DNA of 63,223 bases from a virus (IMGVR_UViG_3300011335_000575:1-63223), one strand, 5' to 3'. Positions 9,228 through 18,553 are shown, numbered from the stretch's first letter. Numbers and translations are program-made. Notes: generated by a model from the sequence alone, not told the origin.

Positions 9228-10715
9228 ATGGAACCTAATTCTACTAATGTTGACCTGTTAACCACTGATCAGTTACGGGAAAAAGTTGAGCGTGCATGGA
9301 TCCAACATATCAAGCTGTGCCAGGATAATTTTTTATATTTTGTAAAAGAAGTGTGGCCTGACTTCATTTTTCGTAAAGAAACTAATAGGACCCGTTGGGG
9401 ACACCACCAGATCATCGCTAATGAATTTACTAAGATAGCAAATAACAAAAAAGGGAGGCTCATTATTAACATGCCCCCACGTCATACTAAATCTGAGTTT
9501 GCTTCTGTTTACTTTCCTGCATGGATCATAGGAAAGTATCCTAAGATGAAATTAATGCAGGTGTCACACAATGCTGAATTATCTGGAAGGTTTGGTAGTA
9601 AGGTTCGTAACTTAATTGATTCACCACAATATAAACAAATCTTTGGTGATGTAAGGCTCAGAGAAGATTCTAAAGCCAAAGGACGTTGGGAAACAAATCA
9701 CGGCGGTGAGTATTACGCTGCGGGTGTTGGTGGTTCCATTACAGGTCGTGGTGCAGATTTATTAATTATTGATGATCCTCATACAGAACAAGACTCATTG
9801 TCTAATACTGCTATGGAGCGAACATATGAATGGTATTTATCAGGACCCAGACAACGATTACAACCAGGTGGTTCCATTTTGTTAGTTATGACTAGGTGGG
9901 CTGAAGATGACCTTACTGGTAGATTAATCAAGGCTCAAGCAGAACCTAAAGCAGACAAGTGGAAGTTAATTTCATTTCCAGCAATTTTAGATTCAGGAGT
10001 CCCTGTTTGGCCTGAGTATTGGAATTTAGAAGAATTAGAAAAAGTTAAAGCATCATTAAGTATTAGAAACTGGTCTGCACAGTATATGCAGAATCCTACA
10101 TCTGAAGAGGGTGCCATTATAAAACGAGAATGGTGGAAGCCTTGGAAGTTTGATGACATACCAAATCTACATCACGTAATACAAAGTTATGATACGGCGT
10201 TTAGTAAAAAGGAAACTGCCGATTATTCTGCTATTACTACGTGGGGTATATTTCAACCTAAGGAAGATCAGCCATATGCAATGATATTGTTAGATGCCAT
10301 TAAAGGTAAATTTGATTTTCCAGAATTAAAGAACATAGCATTTGAACAATATAAATATTGGGAACCAGAAACAGTTCTTATTGAGGCTAAAGCCTCAGGC
10401 CAACCTTTACTACAGGAGTTTAGAAGAGCGGGTATCCCTGCCGTAGACTTTAGTCCTAATAAAGGAAATGACAAGTTTACTAGGATAAATTCATGTGCTC
10501 CTGTATTTGAAGCGGGGAATGTTTACTACCCAGATGGTGAGAAATTCGCTATGGATGTTATTGAGGAGTGTGCTGCGTTTCCTCATGGCCAGTATGACGA
10601 TTATGTGGACAGTACTACTCAAGCCGTGTTAAGATACCGACAAGGTAGCTTTGTTAGTACATATATGGATTATGTGGAAGAAGAGCGTCCGCCAAAAGAA
10701 TATAAATATTACTAG
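9228..10715 (+). CDS. terL: terminase large subunit
   Basis: PPRHTKS Walker A, IIDD Walker B, SYDTA and DDYVDS nuclease motifs; ATG at 9228 preferred over TTG at 9189. Confidence 0.95.
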   Translation: MEPNSTNVDLLTTDQLREKVERAWIQHIKLCQDNFLYFVKEVWPDFIFRKETNRTRWGHHQIIANEFTKIANNKKGRLIINMPPRHTKSEFASVYFPAWIIGKYPKMKLMQVSHNAELSGRFGSKVRNLIDSPQYKQIFGDVRLREDSKAKGRWETNHGGEYYAAGVGGSITGRGADLLIIDDPHTEQDSLSNTAMERTYEWYLSGPRQRLQPGGSILLVMTRWAEDDLTGRLIKAQAEPKADKWKLISFPAILDSGVPVWPEYWNLEELEKVKASLSIRNWSAQYMQNPTSEEGAIIKREWWKPWKFDDIPNLHHVIQSYDTAFSKKETADYSAITTWGIFQPKEDQPYAMILLDAIKGKFDFPELKNIAFEQYKYWEPETVLIEAKASGQPLLQEFRRAGIPAVDFSPNKGNDKFTRINSCAPVFEAGNVYYPDGEKFAMDVIEECAAFPHGQYDDYVDSTTQAVLRYRQGSFVSTYMDYVEEERPPKEYKYY

Positions 10716-10724
10716 GAGATAATT

Positions 10725-11000
10725 ATGCCAAAAGATAAATATAAACCCAAAGCTAAACCAATGCCTTACTTCGAACCAGAAGGAATGGAAAAAGATTACA
10801 AAGCTGAACGAATGCCATATATTGAACCAGAAGGAATGGAATATACACCTAAGGCTAAACCAATGCCTTACTTTGAGCCAGAAGGTTTAGAAGACGAGGT
10901 TTTAGAACCAGGAAAAGAATACTTAGAAAAAGCTAAAGGTGGAATGATAGTAGCCAGAGGAAGTAGATTAGTAAAAGTTAAACCAACTAAATTATACTAG
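10725..11000 (+). CDS. small protein with three internal MPYxEPEG repeats and GG...TKLY tag
   Basis: Repeats visible in the translation; AGGAG RBS. Confidence 0.8.
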   Translation: MPKDKYKPKAKPMPYFEPEGMEKDYKAERMPYIEPEGMEYTPKAKPMPYFEPEGLEDEVLEPGKEYLEKAKGGMIVARGSRLVKVKPTKLY

Positions 11001-11009
11001 GATATAATT

Positions 11010-11453
11010 ATGCCAAAAGAAAAATTAAATAAATTTATGAAAGACAGATCAGGTGCTGCAGTAACACAAAAAGAAGCAGATAGATTAAAAAAAGAATTAT
11101 CTGGAGCTGCAACTACTGGAGCAGAAGCAGAAGCAATGGCAGCAGATGCAATGAAAAATATTTCTGGAGCTTCAGTTACCGATGCTGAAAGAGAAAGATT
11201 AAAAGATATAATGCCAGAAATGAAAAAAGGTGGCATGACTAAGTCTCAAAAGAAAGTTGGCAAAGTCATGAGAGAATTTAAAGCAGGCAAATTACACTCA
11301 GGTAAAAAAGGACCCGTTGTAAAAAATCCTAAACAAGCAATTGCTATTGCATTATCAGAAGCTGGTATGTCTAAAAAGAAAATGCAAAGTGGCGGCATGG
11401 TCCGTGGTTCAGGAGCAGCGATTAAAGGAGTTAGAAAAGCTAAACTATTATAA
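11010..11453 (+). CDS. basic protein with DUF6496-like domain and GG tag
   Basis: KVMREFKAGKLHSG...KQAIAIALSEA motif. Confidence 0.8.
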   Translation: MPKEKLNKFMKDRSGAAVTQKEADRLKKELSGAATTGAEAEAMAADAMKNISGASVTDAERERLKDIMPEMKKGGMTKSQKKVGKVMREFKAGKLHSGKKGPVVKNPKQAIAIALSEAGMSKKKMQSGGMVRGSGAAIKGVRKAKLL

Positions 11454-11455
11454 TC

Positions 11456-11698
11456 ATGCCTGGCGAAAAATATTATAAAGCAGAAAGAGAAAGACAAAAA
11501 AAATTTCTGGAGTCTGAAAAAAAATTAGAAGAGAATTATAAAAAAGTAAGACAAGAAGAATCTGACTATGAATATTTAAATTCATTATTTAGAGAAGACT
11601 CAACTAGAGAATACAATCCAGTTGAACATTATAGTCATGGTGGATCTATTATGGCTAAAACTAAACTAGGTAAGAACAAAGCAACTAAGTTATACTAA
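11456..11698 (+). CDS. small protein with GG...TKLY tag
   Basis: Ends YSHGGSIMAKTKLGKNKATKLY. Confidence 0.75.
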   Translation: MPGEKYYKAERERQKKFLESEKKLEENYKKVRQEESDYEYLNSLFREDSTREYNPVEHYSHGGSIMAKTKLGKNKATKLY

Positions 11699-11699
11699 A

Positions 11700-12050
11700 A
11701 TGAGCAATAAATCTAAATTTAAAATTGAACCTAAAATAGACATTTCTAAAGGTTCATTTAATCCTGATCCTGAAGTTAAGGTGTCATCTCAAAATATATA
11801 TTATGGTGTTGGAGGGGAATATAATCTTATTGATGATGATGATACTAATTTAAAAATTTCTGGAAATGTTGGTAAAGGTTCAAATAGGTCTGTTGTTGAA
11901 AGTCCTTTTGGTGAAGATATTTTTAAAGGAGAAGGTCCAATTAATAAAAATTTTAAAATTACTTATACTAAAAAATTTTACAAAGGTGGTATTGCTAAAG
12001 GTTGTGGCAAGGTGATGAATGATAGACGTAAAGTAACTAAAATGTATTAG
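11700..12050 (+). CDS. beta-strand-rich small protein with GG...TKMY tag
   Basis: Ends FYKGGIAKGCGKVMNDRRKVTKMY. Confidence 0.75.
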   Translation: MSNKSKFKIEPKIDISKGSFNPDPEVKVSSQNIYYGVGGEYNLIDDDDTNLKISGNVGKGSNRSVVESPFGEDIFKGEGPINKNFKITYTKKFYKGGIAKGCGKVMNDRRKVTKMY

Positions 12051-12058
12051 GATGTATT

Positions 12059-12304
12059 ATGCGTGGAGTAAATTCTTTATTTAGAAGAATACTTGATGGA
12101 TTTAGAGGAAGAACAGCTAAAACACCCATAAGTACAGATTTAAATAAATCACCAAGACAAGTAAGTATTAGCGAACCTAGAACAACTAGAATGTCTGATG
12201 CTTCTGCAAAGGGATCTGCAAAATTTATTCCTTTGCAAAATGGTGGATCTGTGGTAGCTAGAGGTAATAAGTTAGCAAGAAGTAAGCCAACAAAATTATA
12301 TTAA
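12059..12304 (+). CDS. small basic protein with GG...TKLY tag
   Basis: Ends LQNGGSVVARGNKLARSKPTKLY. Confidence 0.75.
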   Translation: MRGVNSLFRRILDGFRGRTAKTPISTDLNKSPRQVSISEPRTTRMSDASAKGSAKFIPLQNGGSVVARGNKLARSKPTKLY

Positions 12305-12306
12305 AT

Positions 12307-14658
12307 ATGGCAATTGAAGATAACAATCCAATAGGAGAAATAGATCCTTCCGTTGTACAAACGGATATGTCTGTTCCAGCAGAACCTGTTGATATTCAAG
12401 TTGAAGGACAAGAAGTTCCTGTAATGGAGGAACCTAAAGAAGATTTCTATCGTAACCTTGCAGAAGACATGGATGATAGAATGTTAGGAAAAATTTCTTA
12501 CACACTATTAAATGATTACAAAAGAGATAAAGAATCTAGACAAGATTGGGAACAAGGATATGTAAGCGGTTTAGATCTATTAGGATTTAGATACAGAGAT
12601 CAAACAAGACCTTTTCAAGGAGCATCAGGCGTAACTCATCCACTACTTGCAGAAGCAGTTACACAATTTCAAGCACAAGCTTATAAAGAATTATTACCAG
12701 CATCAGGACCCGTAAGAACACAGGTTATTGGAGAAGACAATCAAGAAATTGATAATCAAGCAAAACGTGTAGAAGACTTTATGAATTACATGTTAATGGA
12801 GAAGATGGAAGAATATACTCCAGAGTTCGATCAGTTATTATTTTATTTACCACTTGCAGGATCTGCATTTAAAAAGATTTACTATGATGAAATCATGGGT
12901 CGTGCAGTATCTAAATTTGTACCTGCAGAGGATTTAGTGGTTCCATATTACGCAACAGATTTAAAAGATTGTGAAAGAATTACTCACATTGTTAAAATGT
13001 CTGAGAACGACATTCGTAAGAAACAAGAAGCTGGATTTTATAGAGATGTAGAATTACAAGAAACAAATCCACAAGAGAGTGATATTCAAAAGAAATATAA
13101 TCAATTAGAAGGAACTCAGTCTCCAGGCAATAATATAGATTTTCAATTTAATATATTGGAGATGCATGTAGATTTAGATCTAGAAGAATTTGAAAAAACT
13201 TCTAATGATAAAAGTAAAAATATTAAGATTCCATATATTGTAACTTTAGATGAAGGATCACAAAAGATTTTATCTATCTATAGAAACTATGATGAGAATG
13301 ATCCATTAAAGATTAGAAAAGATTACTTTGTACACTTTAAGTTTTTACCAGGTTTAGGATTTTATGGATTTGGTTTAATTCACATGATTGGTGGATTATC
13401 TAGATCAGCAACTCAAGCTCTAAGACAATTGTTAGATGCTGGAACATTAGCAAACTTACCAGCTGGATTTAAAGCTAGAGGTTTAAGAATTAGAGATGAT
13501 GACCAACCATTCCAACCAGGTGAGTTTAGAGATGTAGATGCACCAGGTGGAAACATTAAAGATCAATTTCAATTACTTCCATTTAAAGAACCAAGTGCAA
13601 CTTTATTTCAATTAATGGGTTTCTGTGTTGAAGCAGGACAACGTTTTGCAGCAATAGCAGATATTCAAGTTGGAGATGGTAATCAACAAGCTGCCGTTGG
13701 TACAACCATTGCATTATTAGAAAGAGGCTCAAGAGTAATGTCAGCTATTCATAAACGATGTTATTATTCTATGAGAACTGAATTTAGATTGTTACATAAA
13801 ATATTTGCAACGTACTTACCACCCGTATATCCGTATGCAGTTTATGGTGGAGATCGTTTTGTAAAACTTACAGACTTTGATGACAGAGTAGATGTTATTC
13901 CAGTTGCAGATCCAAATGTATTTTCTTTAGCACAAAGAGTAACTCTTGCTAATGAAACATTAAAGATTGCAATTTCAGCTCCAGAGATTCATGATATTAG
14001 AGAAGCATACAGAAGAGTCTATCAAGCATTAGGAACTCAAAACATTGAAGAGTTATTAAAACCAGAGGAACCAAAAATTCCAAAGGACCCAGCTATAGAA
14101 AATATGGAAGCATTACAAATGAAATTACCAAAAGCATTTCCTACACAAGACCATGATGCACATATAACAGCTCACTCATTATTTATTAAAACAAGAATGG
14201 TACAAATTAATCCTGCTGTATATGCATTACTACAAGGACATATCTCAGAGCATATTTCACAAAAAGCTTCACAAGAAGTTGTAGAAGCTATGGCAATGAA
14301 TCCACAAGATGTAATGCTTTCTAAAACAAATCCACAAATGTTTACAGTTAAAATGAATGGAGCTATTGCTCAACGTACTGTAGAACTTACTGCACAACTA
14401 CAACAAGCAGAAGCTGCGGGCGAACAACAAGTAGATCCACTTGTGGCATTGAAACAAAGAGAATTAGATTTGAAAGCTATGGATTTACAAATTAAACAAA
14501 ATAATACTTTGACAGATAATGCATTGAATGCTTCTCAATTTAAAGTAGATACATTAATGAAACAACAAGAGATTCAAATTAAAGATAGACAATCCAATGA
14601 TCGTTTAAATATTGCTAAAGAAAAAATTAACTTAGCCAGAGAAAAACAAAACAAATGA
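12307..14658 (+). CDS. portal protein
   Basis: 783 aa after TerL; HPLLAEA..FQA, GSAFKK, PGLGFYGFGL motifs; coiled-coil C-terminus like P22-type portals. Confidence 0.9.
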   Translation: MAIEDNNPIGEIDPSVVQTDMSVPAEPVDIQVEGQEVPVMEEPKEDFYRNLAEDMDDRMLGKISYTLLNDYKRDKESRQDWEQGYVSGLDLLGFRYRDQTRPFQGASGVTHPLLAEAVTQFQAQAYKELLPASGPVRTQVIGEDNQEIDNQAKRVEDFMNYMLMEKMEEYTPEFDQLLFYLPLAGSAFKKIYYDEIMGRAVSKFVPAEDLVVPYYATDLKDCERITHIVKMSENDIRKKQEAGFYRDVELQETNPQESDIQKKYNQLEGTQSPGNNIDFQFNILEMHVDLDLEEFEKTSNDKSKNIKIPYIVTLDEGSQKILSIYRNYDENDPLKIRKDYFVHFKFLPGLGFYGFGLIHMIGGLSRSATQALRQLLDAGTLANLPAGFKARGLRIRDDDQPFQPGEFRDVDAPGGNIKDQFQLLPFKEPSATLFQLMGFCVEAGQRFAAIADIQVGDGNQQAAVGTTIALLERGSRVMSAIHKRCYYSMRTEFRLLHKIFATYLPPVYPYAVYGGDRFVKLTDFDDRVDVIPVADPNVFSLAQRVTLANETLKIAISAPEIHDIREAYRRVYQALGTQNIEELLKPEEPKIPKDPAIENMEALQMKLPKAFPTQDHDAHITAHSLFIKTRMVQINPAVYALLQGHISEHISQKASQEVVEAMAMNPQDVMLSKTNPQMFTVKMNGAIAQRTVELTAQLQQAEAAGEQQVDPLVALKQRELDLKAMDLQIKQNNTLTDNALNASQFKVDTLMKQQEIQIKDRQSNDRLNIAKEKINLAREKQNK

Positions 14659-14765
14659 TTAAAAAAGAAAAAGAACCAAAACTAGGTAAACGATTTGGGC
14701 CACCGCCATTAAAAGGTCCTATGCCACAAATACCACCAGTAGATAAAAATTTAAAGAAGCTATAA
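14655..14765 (+). CDS. 36 aa proline-rich peptide (GPPPLKGPMPQ)
   Basis: Read manually; ATGA overlap with the portal stop; fills the gap. Confidence 0.6.
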   Translation: MIKKEKEPKLGKRFGPPPLKGPMPQIPPVDKNLKKL

Positions 14766-14766
14766 T

Positions 14767-15195
14767 ATGTTACCTATGTTAAATGCAATTGCACCACTAG
14801 CCAAAATATTATTTAGTACAATTGAAAAATCTGTACCTGATAAAGATTTACAAGCAAAGTTAAAAGCTGATTTACAAACTCAATTAATGCAGTCACATAC
14901 ACAAGAGTTAACTGCGGCAGCTAAAATTATAGAAGCAGAAGCTAAAGCTGGTTGGTTTGCATCTAGCTGGAGACCTTTATTAATGTATGTGCTTATATTT
15001 ATTCTTGTATGGAATTATGTATTAGGGCCCGTAATCTTATTCTTTTTTAAAGCTTCTATTACTATAACTTTACCAGGAGATGTTTGGACACTACTTCAAA
15101 TAGGTCTTGGTGGATATGTGGTAGGAAGATCCGCAGAATCCGTTGCTAGAACAATGGCTAATAAACCTCAGCCAAAAGACCAAGAAAACGGATAG
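14767..15195 (+). CDS. holin (3TM / GTA-type family)
   Basis: PD..., EA...WF.SSWRP, hydrophobic segments, GGYVVGRSAE. Confidence 0.8.
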   Translation: MLPMLNAIAPLAKILFSTIEKSVPDKDLQAKLKADLQTQLMQSHTQELTAAAKIIEAEAKAGWFASSWRPLLMYVLIFILVWNYVLGPVILFFFKASITITLPGDVWTLLQIGLGGYVVGRSAESVARTMANKPQPKDQENG

Positions 15196-15293
15196 TGAAA
15201 TACCTAGTTATTTTGTTATTGCTTTTTTCGTGCAATAATATAAATTCACCAAATATAGATAAACCAATTATAAAAATAGAAAAAGCATTCTAA
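15195..15293 (+). CDS. 32 aa putative lipoprotein (VKYLVILLLLFSC...)
   Basis: Read manually; GTG overlaps the holin stop; hydrophobic stretch ending in Cys. Confidence 0.5.
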   Translation: MKYLVILLLLFSCNNINSPNIDKPIIKIEKAF

Positions 15294-15490
15294 TGTTAGA
15301 ACGATTAAAAGACTTAATAGCTAAAAACTTTTCTAATAAAGAAATAGAAAAGAAAAATAATACTTTACTTAGAAGTAGAAAAGAAGTTGAAATTAATGGT
15401 AATGGAACTTCTGGCTATACTATCAAAGAAGGTGAGCACAAAGGAACTGTATTAGGTCATATCAAAAGAGAAAAGAAAGTCATTGAATAG
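15293..15490 (+). CDS. hypothetical protein
   Basis: 65 aa, overlaps neighbours. Confidence 0.65.
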   Translation: MLERLKDLIAKNFSNKEIEKKNNTLLRSRKEVEINGNGTSGYTIKEGEHKGTVLGHIKREKKVIE

Positions 15491-16497
15491 TGACCAAAAC
15501 AATTTTAGTTACAGGTGCCGCAGGGTTCTTAGGTTCGCATATTTGTAGAGAATTTCTTAATAGAAAATACGAAGTTAAAGGTGTTGATAATTTAATAGGT
15601 GGGGATAAAGATAATATTCCTTTTCTAAAAGATTTTTATAAAGCAGATTGTGCTGACTTTAAAACAATGCTTAAAGTTACAGAAGGCATTGATGTATTAT
15701 TTCATTGTGCAGCAACAGCTCATGAAGGATTATCGGTATTCTCTCCTTACACAATTACACAAAATAATATTATGGCAACAGTCGGTGTTGCAACAGCAGC
15801 TATTCAAAATAAAGTTAAAAGAATTATTTATTGTTCATCCATGGCAAGATATGGGGATCAACCAAGTCCATTTACAGAAGACATGCCAACTAAACCAGTA
15901 GATCCTTATGGTATATCTAAAGTTGCTGGAGAAGAAATATTAAAAACATTATGTAAGGTTCATGGCGTAGAATTAGTTATTGCAGTTCCTCATAACATTA
16001 TTGGACCTAATCAAAAATATGATGATCCATTTAGAAATGCAGTATCTATTTTTATTAATCGTATGCTTCAAGGTAAACCTCCAATTATTTATGGAGACGG
16101 ATTACAAACAAGATGTTTTTCGTATGTAGATGATTGTTTAAGTTCTTTACTTAAAATGGTCGATGATCCGTCAGTCGTGGGCCAAGTCATTAACATCGGG
16201 CCTGATGAAGAGTTTGTCACAATCAAAGAGGTCGCTGAGACGTGTGCCAATCTTACTGGTTTCAACGGCGAATTTATTTATGTACCTGATCGTCCGCAAG
16301 AAGTTAAACATGCAACCTGTTCATCTGACAAAGCCAGAAAACTTTTAGGATATAAGACGATGACTAATACAAAGGATGGTATTAGGAAAACATATGAGTA
16401 TATCAAGGACCACGGACCACGGGCCTTTGAGTATCACCTAGACATAGAAATTATAAATGATAAAACTCCAAAGACTTGGACTAAAAAATTAATATGA
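15490..16497 (+). CDS. NAD-dependent nucleotide-sugar epimerase/dehydratase
   Basis: TGAAGFLG Rossmann motif, SS, YGISK (YxxxK), GDG.QTR.F.YVDD. Confidence 0.92.
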   Translation: MTKTILVTGAAGFLGSHICREFLNRKYEVKGVDNLIGGDKDNIPFLKDFYKADCADFKTMLKVTEGIDVLFHCAATAHEGLSVFSPYTITQNNIMATVGVATAAIQNKVKRIIYCSSMARYGDQPSPFTEDMPTKPVDPYGISKVAGEEILKTLCKVHGVELVIAVPHNIIGPNQKYDDPFRNAVSIFINRMLQGKPPIIYGDGLQTRCFSYVDDCLSSLLKMVDDPSVVGQVINIGPDEEFVTIKEVAETCANLTGFNGEFIYVPDRPQEVKHATCSSDKARKLLGYKTMTNTKDGIRKTYEYIKDHGPRAFEYHLDIEIINDKTPKTWTKKLI

Positions 16498-17042
16498 CCT
16501 ATACAATAACTTTAAAAGTAGATGACATCACAGAGTTTTCTTTTAATTATTCTAAATATACTAAATCAGATATTAATGAACATCTTCCAGTTATGCATAA
16601 ATATGCAAATGAATGTAATCATATTACTGAATTTGGTGTTAGAACTGGGGTTAGTACTTGGGCATGGTTAGCTTCTAGAGCAAAAATAATTAGATGTTTT
16701 GATATAGAAAATATAAATGAAAATTTAAAGTTTCATTATGCATCTGCAAAAGAAACTCAAAAAGATTTTACATTTACTTGTGTAAGTACAATCGCAGAAA
16801 AATTAGAAATAGAACAAACAGATTTGTTATTTATTGATACAGCTCATACATATGAACAATGTTCTAAAGAATTAAAAATGCACGGCCATAAAGTAAACAA
16901 ATATTTAATGTTTCATGATACAACTTTGTGTCCACAATTAAATCAAGCTATAGATGAATTTTTAAAAGATAATTCCAATTGGAAAACAAAAGAAGTATTT
17001 ACTAATAATAATGGTTTAACTATTTTAGAAAGAATAGCATGA
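16494..17042 (+). CDS. class I SAM-dependent methyltransferase (Methyltransf_24-like)
   Basis: EFGVRTGVST, DLLFIDTAHTY, FHDT motifs. Confidence 0.85.
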   Translation: MTYTITLKVDDITEFSFNYSKYTKSDINEHLPVMHKYANECNHITEFGVRTGVSTWAWLASRAKIIRCFDIENINENLKFHYASAKETQKDFTFTCVSTIAEKLEIEQTDLLFIDTAHTYEQCSKELKMHGHKVNKYLMFHDTTLCPQLNQAIDEFLKDNSNWKTKEVFTNNNGLTILERIA

Positions 17043-17908
17043 ACCACGTATTTTGTTTTGTTAGTTCTAAAGTTACAGAAAAATATTCTAGACTTGCATT
17101 ATATTCTTTTTTTAAAGAAACTAAAATTGAAAAAGGAGATATATTTGTTTTTGTTAATAATGATGGAACCAATGCATTTAGAGAAGAATATCCTATAGAT
17201 ATTTATATCAATAATAAAACCCCAAAATCTTGGGCAGAAAACTTTAATAAAGGTTTAAGAATAGCTAAAAAATTTAAACGTCATTTTGTTGTTATTACAA
17301 ACGATGTTGTATTTACTAAAGGTTGGTTAGATGTATTAAAACAAAAAGATGATATGATTTTAATACCAGTTTGTAATGTAAACTTTATGTATAAAAGTCC
17401 AAACTTTACAACAGCACCAACTATGTATTTAGAAGAATATATTGGTAAAGAAAGTTATTTAGATGCTATCGTAGATTTTCATCAAAATCAATTTAAATTC
17501 AATGACTTATGTGAACGTATATTTATGCAAATGTATTTAGCTAGAATACCTTATCAAATACATAATGATGTTGGTTATTTTGATCACACCTTTTCTAATT
17601 GTGGTGGAGAAGATATGGATTATAGAATTAGAGCTGCTATCAAAGGTTATAAAACAATGTTAGCAGTATATCCATTTATATTACATTTTCATGGTAAGTC
17701 TTCTTGGGACGGAGCTGAATCTACAGAACAAGAAAAAGTAAGACGAGAGCAATATCTTAAAAAAGGACTAGAAAAATGGGGAGAAGATTTAACAGAGATA
17801 TTTATTAAAGGCACATATGCAAAAGAATGGTCACATAAAATAGGTCTTGGAAAAGAATTTGACAATAACGAACAGTATAATATTATACGTACATTAACAA
17901 AATGCTAA
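17039..17908 (+). CDS. glycosyltransferase, family 2-like
   Basis: N.G, NDV, GYFD..F...GEDMDY..R motifs. Confidence 0.75.
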   Translation: MNHVFCFVSSKVTEKYSRLALYSFFKETKIEKGDIFVFVNNDGTNAFREEYPIDIYINNKTPKSWAENFNKGLRIAKKFKRHFVVITNDVVFTKGWLDVLKQKDDMILIPVCNVNFMYKSPNFTTAPTMYLEEYIGKESYLDAIVDFHQNQFKFNDLCERIFMQMYLARIPYQIHNDVGYFDHTFSNCGGEDMDYRIRAAIKGYKTMLAVYPFILHFHGKSSWDGAESTEQEKVRREQYLKKGLEKWGEDLTEIFIKGTYAKEWSHKIGLGKEFDNNEQYNIIRTLTKC

Positions 17909-18111
17909 GTATTGATACAGTTCAAGATATAAAAAAACTAATAAACAAGCGTTTAACCTTAATAAAGGATGACCTTTGCTATGGTATAGACACGCTTGAT
18001 AAACTTCACTATGCTAGAGGTCAACTCAGAGCTTTAGAAACTCTGCTTCAGGATCTTAATGACCTGCTGAAACGGGAGAATAGTGAAGATGACGACGACA
18101 GTAACAACTGA
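17902..18111 (+). CDS. conserved head-module hypothetical protein
   Basis: Y..G...AL pattern, precedes GroES. Confidence 0.7.
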   Translation: MLSIDTVQDIKKLINKRLTLIKDDLCYGIDTLDKLHYARGQLRALETLLQDLNDLLKRENSEDDDDSNN

Positions 18112-18541
18112 TATTCCTTCTATACATGAAGGTTTAAAAGACGTTTACCAAGACAAAGAAGTGGTTGAGAAAGTTCTCAACCCAAATTCAATAGATAAAT
18201 CTACTTTAGATAGAATGCCTCAGCCTACGGGTTGGAGACTTTTGGTTTTACCATATGCTGGGCCAGCTCAAACTAAAGGTGGAATTATTCTATCTGATAC
18301 TTCTAAAGATACAATTCAAATGACAACAGTTTGTGCTTACGTTCTTAAAATGGGAAATCTTTGTTATAGAGACAAAGAAAAGTTTCCACTAGGACCGTGG
18401 TGCAAAGAGGGTGATTGGGTAATCTTTGGTAGGTATGCAGGTAGCAGATTCAAAATAGAAGGTGGTGAAGTTAGAATTCTTAATGATGATGAAATCATTG
18501 CTAAGATTGATAACCCTGCTGATATTTTGCACATGTACTAA
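18083..18541 (+). CDS. groES: co-chaperonin GroES-like protein
   Basis: P.GWRLLV, TKGGIIL, GDWV.F.RYAG, RILNDDEIIA. Confidence 0.9.
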   Translation: MKMTTTVTTDIPSIHEGLKDVYQDKEVVEKVLNPNSIDKSTLDRMPQPTGWRLLVLPYAGPAQTKGGIILSDTSKDTIQMTTVCAYVLKMGNLCYRDKEKFPLGPWCKEGDWVIFGRYAGSRFKIEGGEVRILNDDEIIAKIDNPADILHMY

Positions 18542-18553
18542 TAGGAGGACAAC

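Noticed and set aside
1-9300. CCWGG avoidance in the early region
   Set aside because: Appears absent, but only a few sites are expected, so it cannot be judged significant by eye
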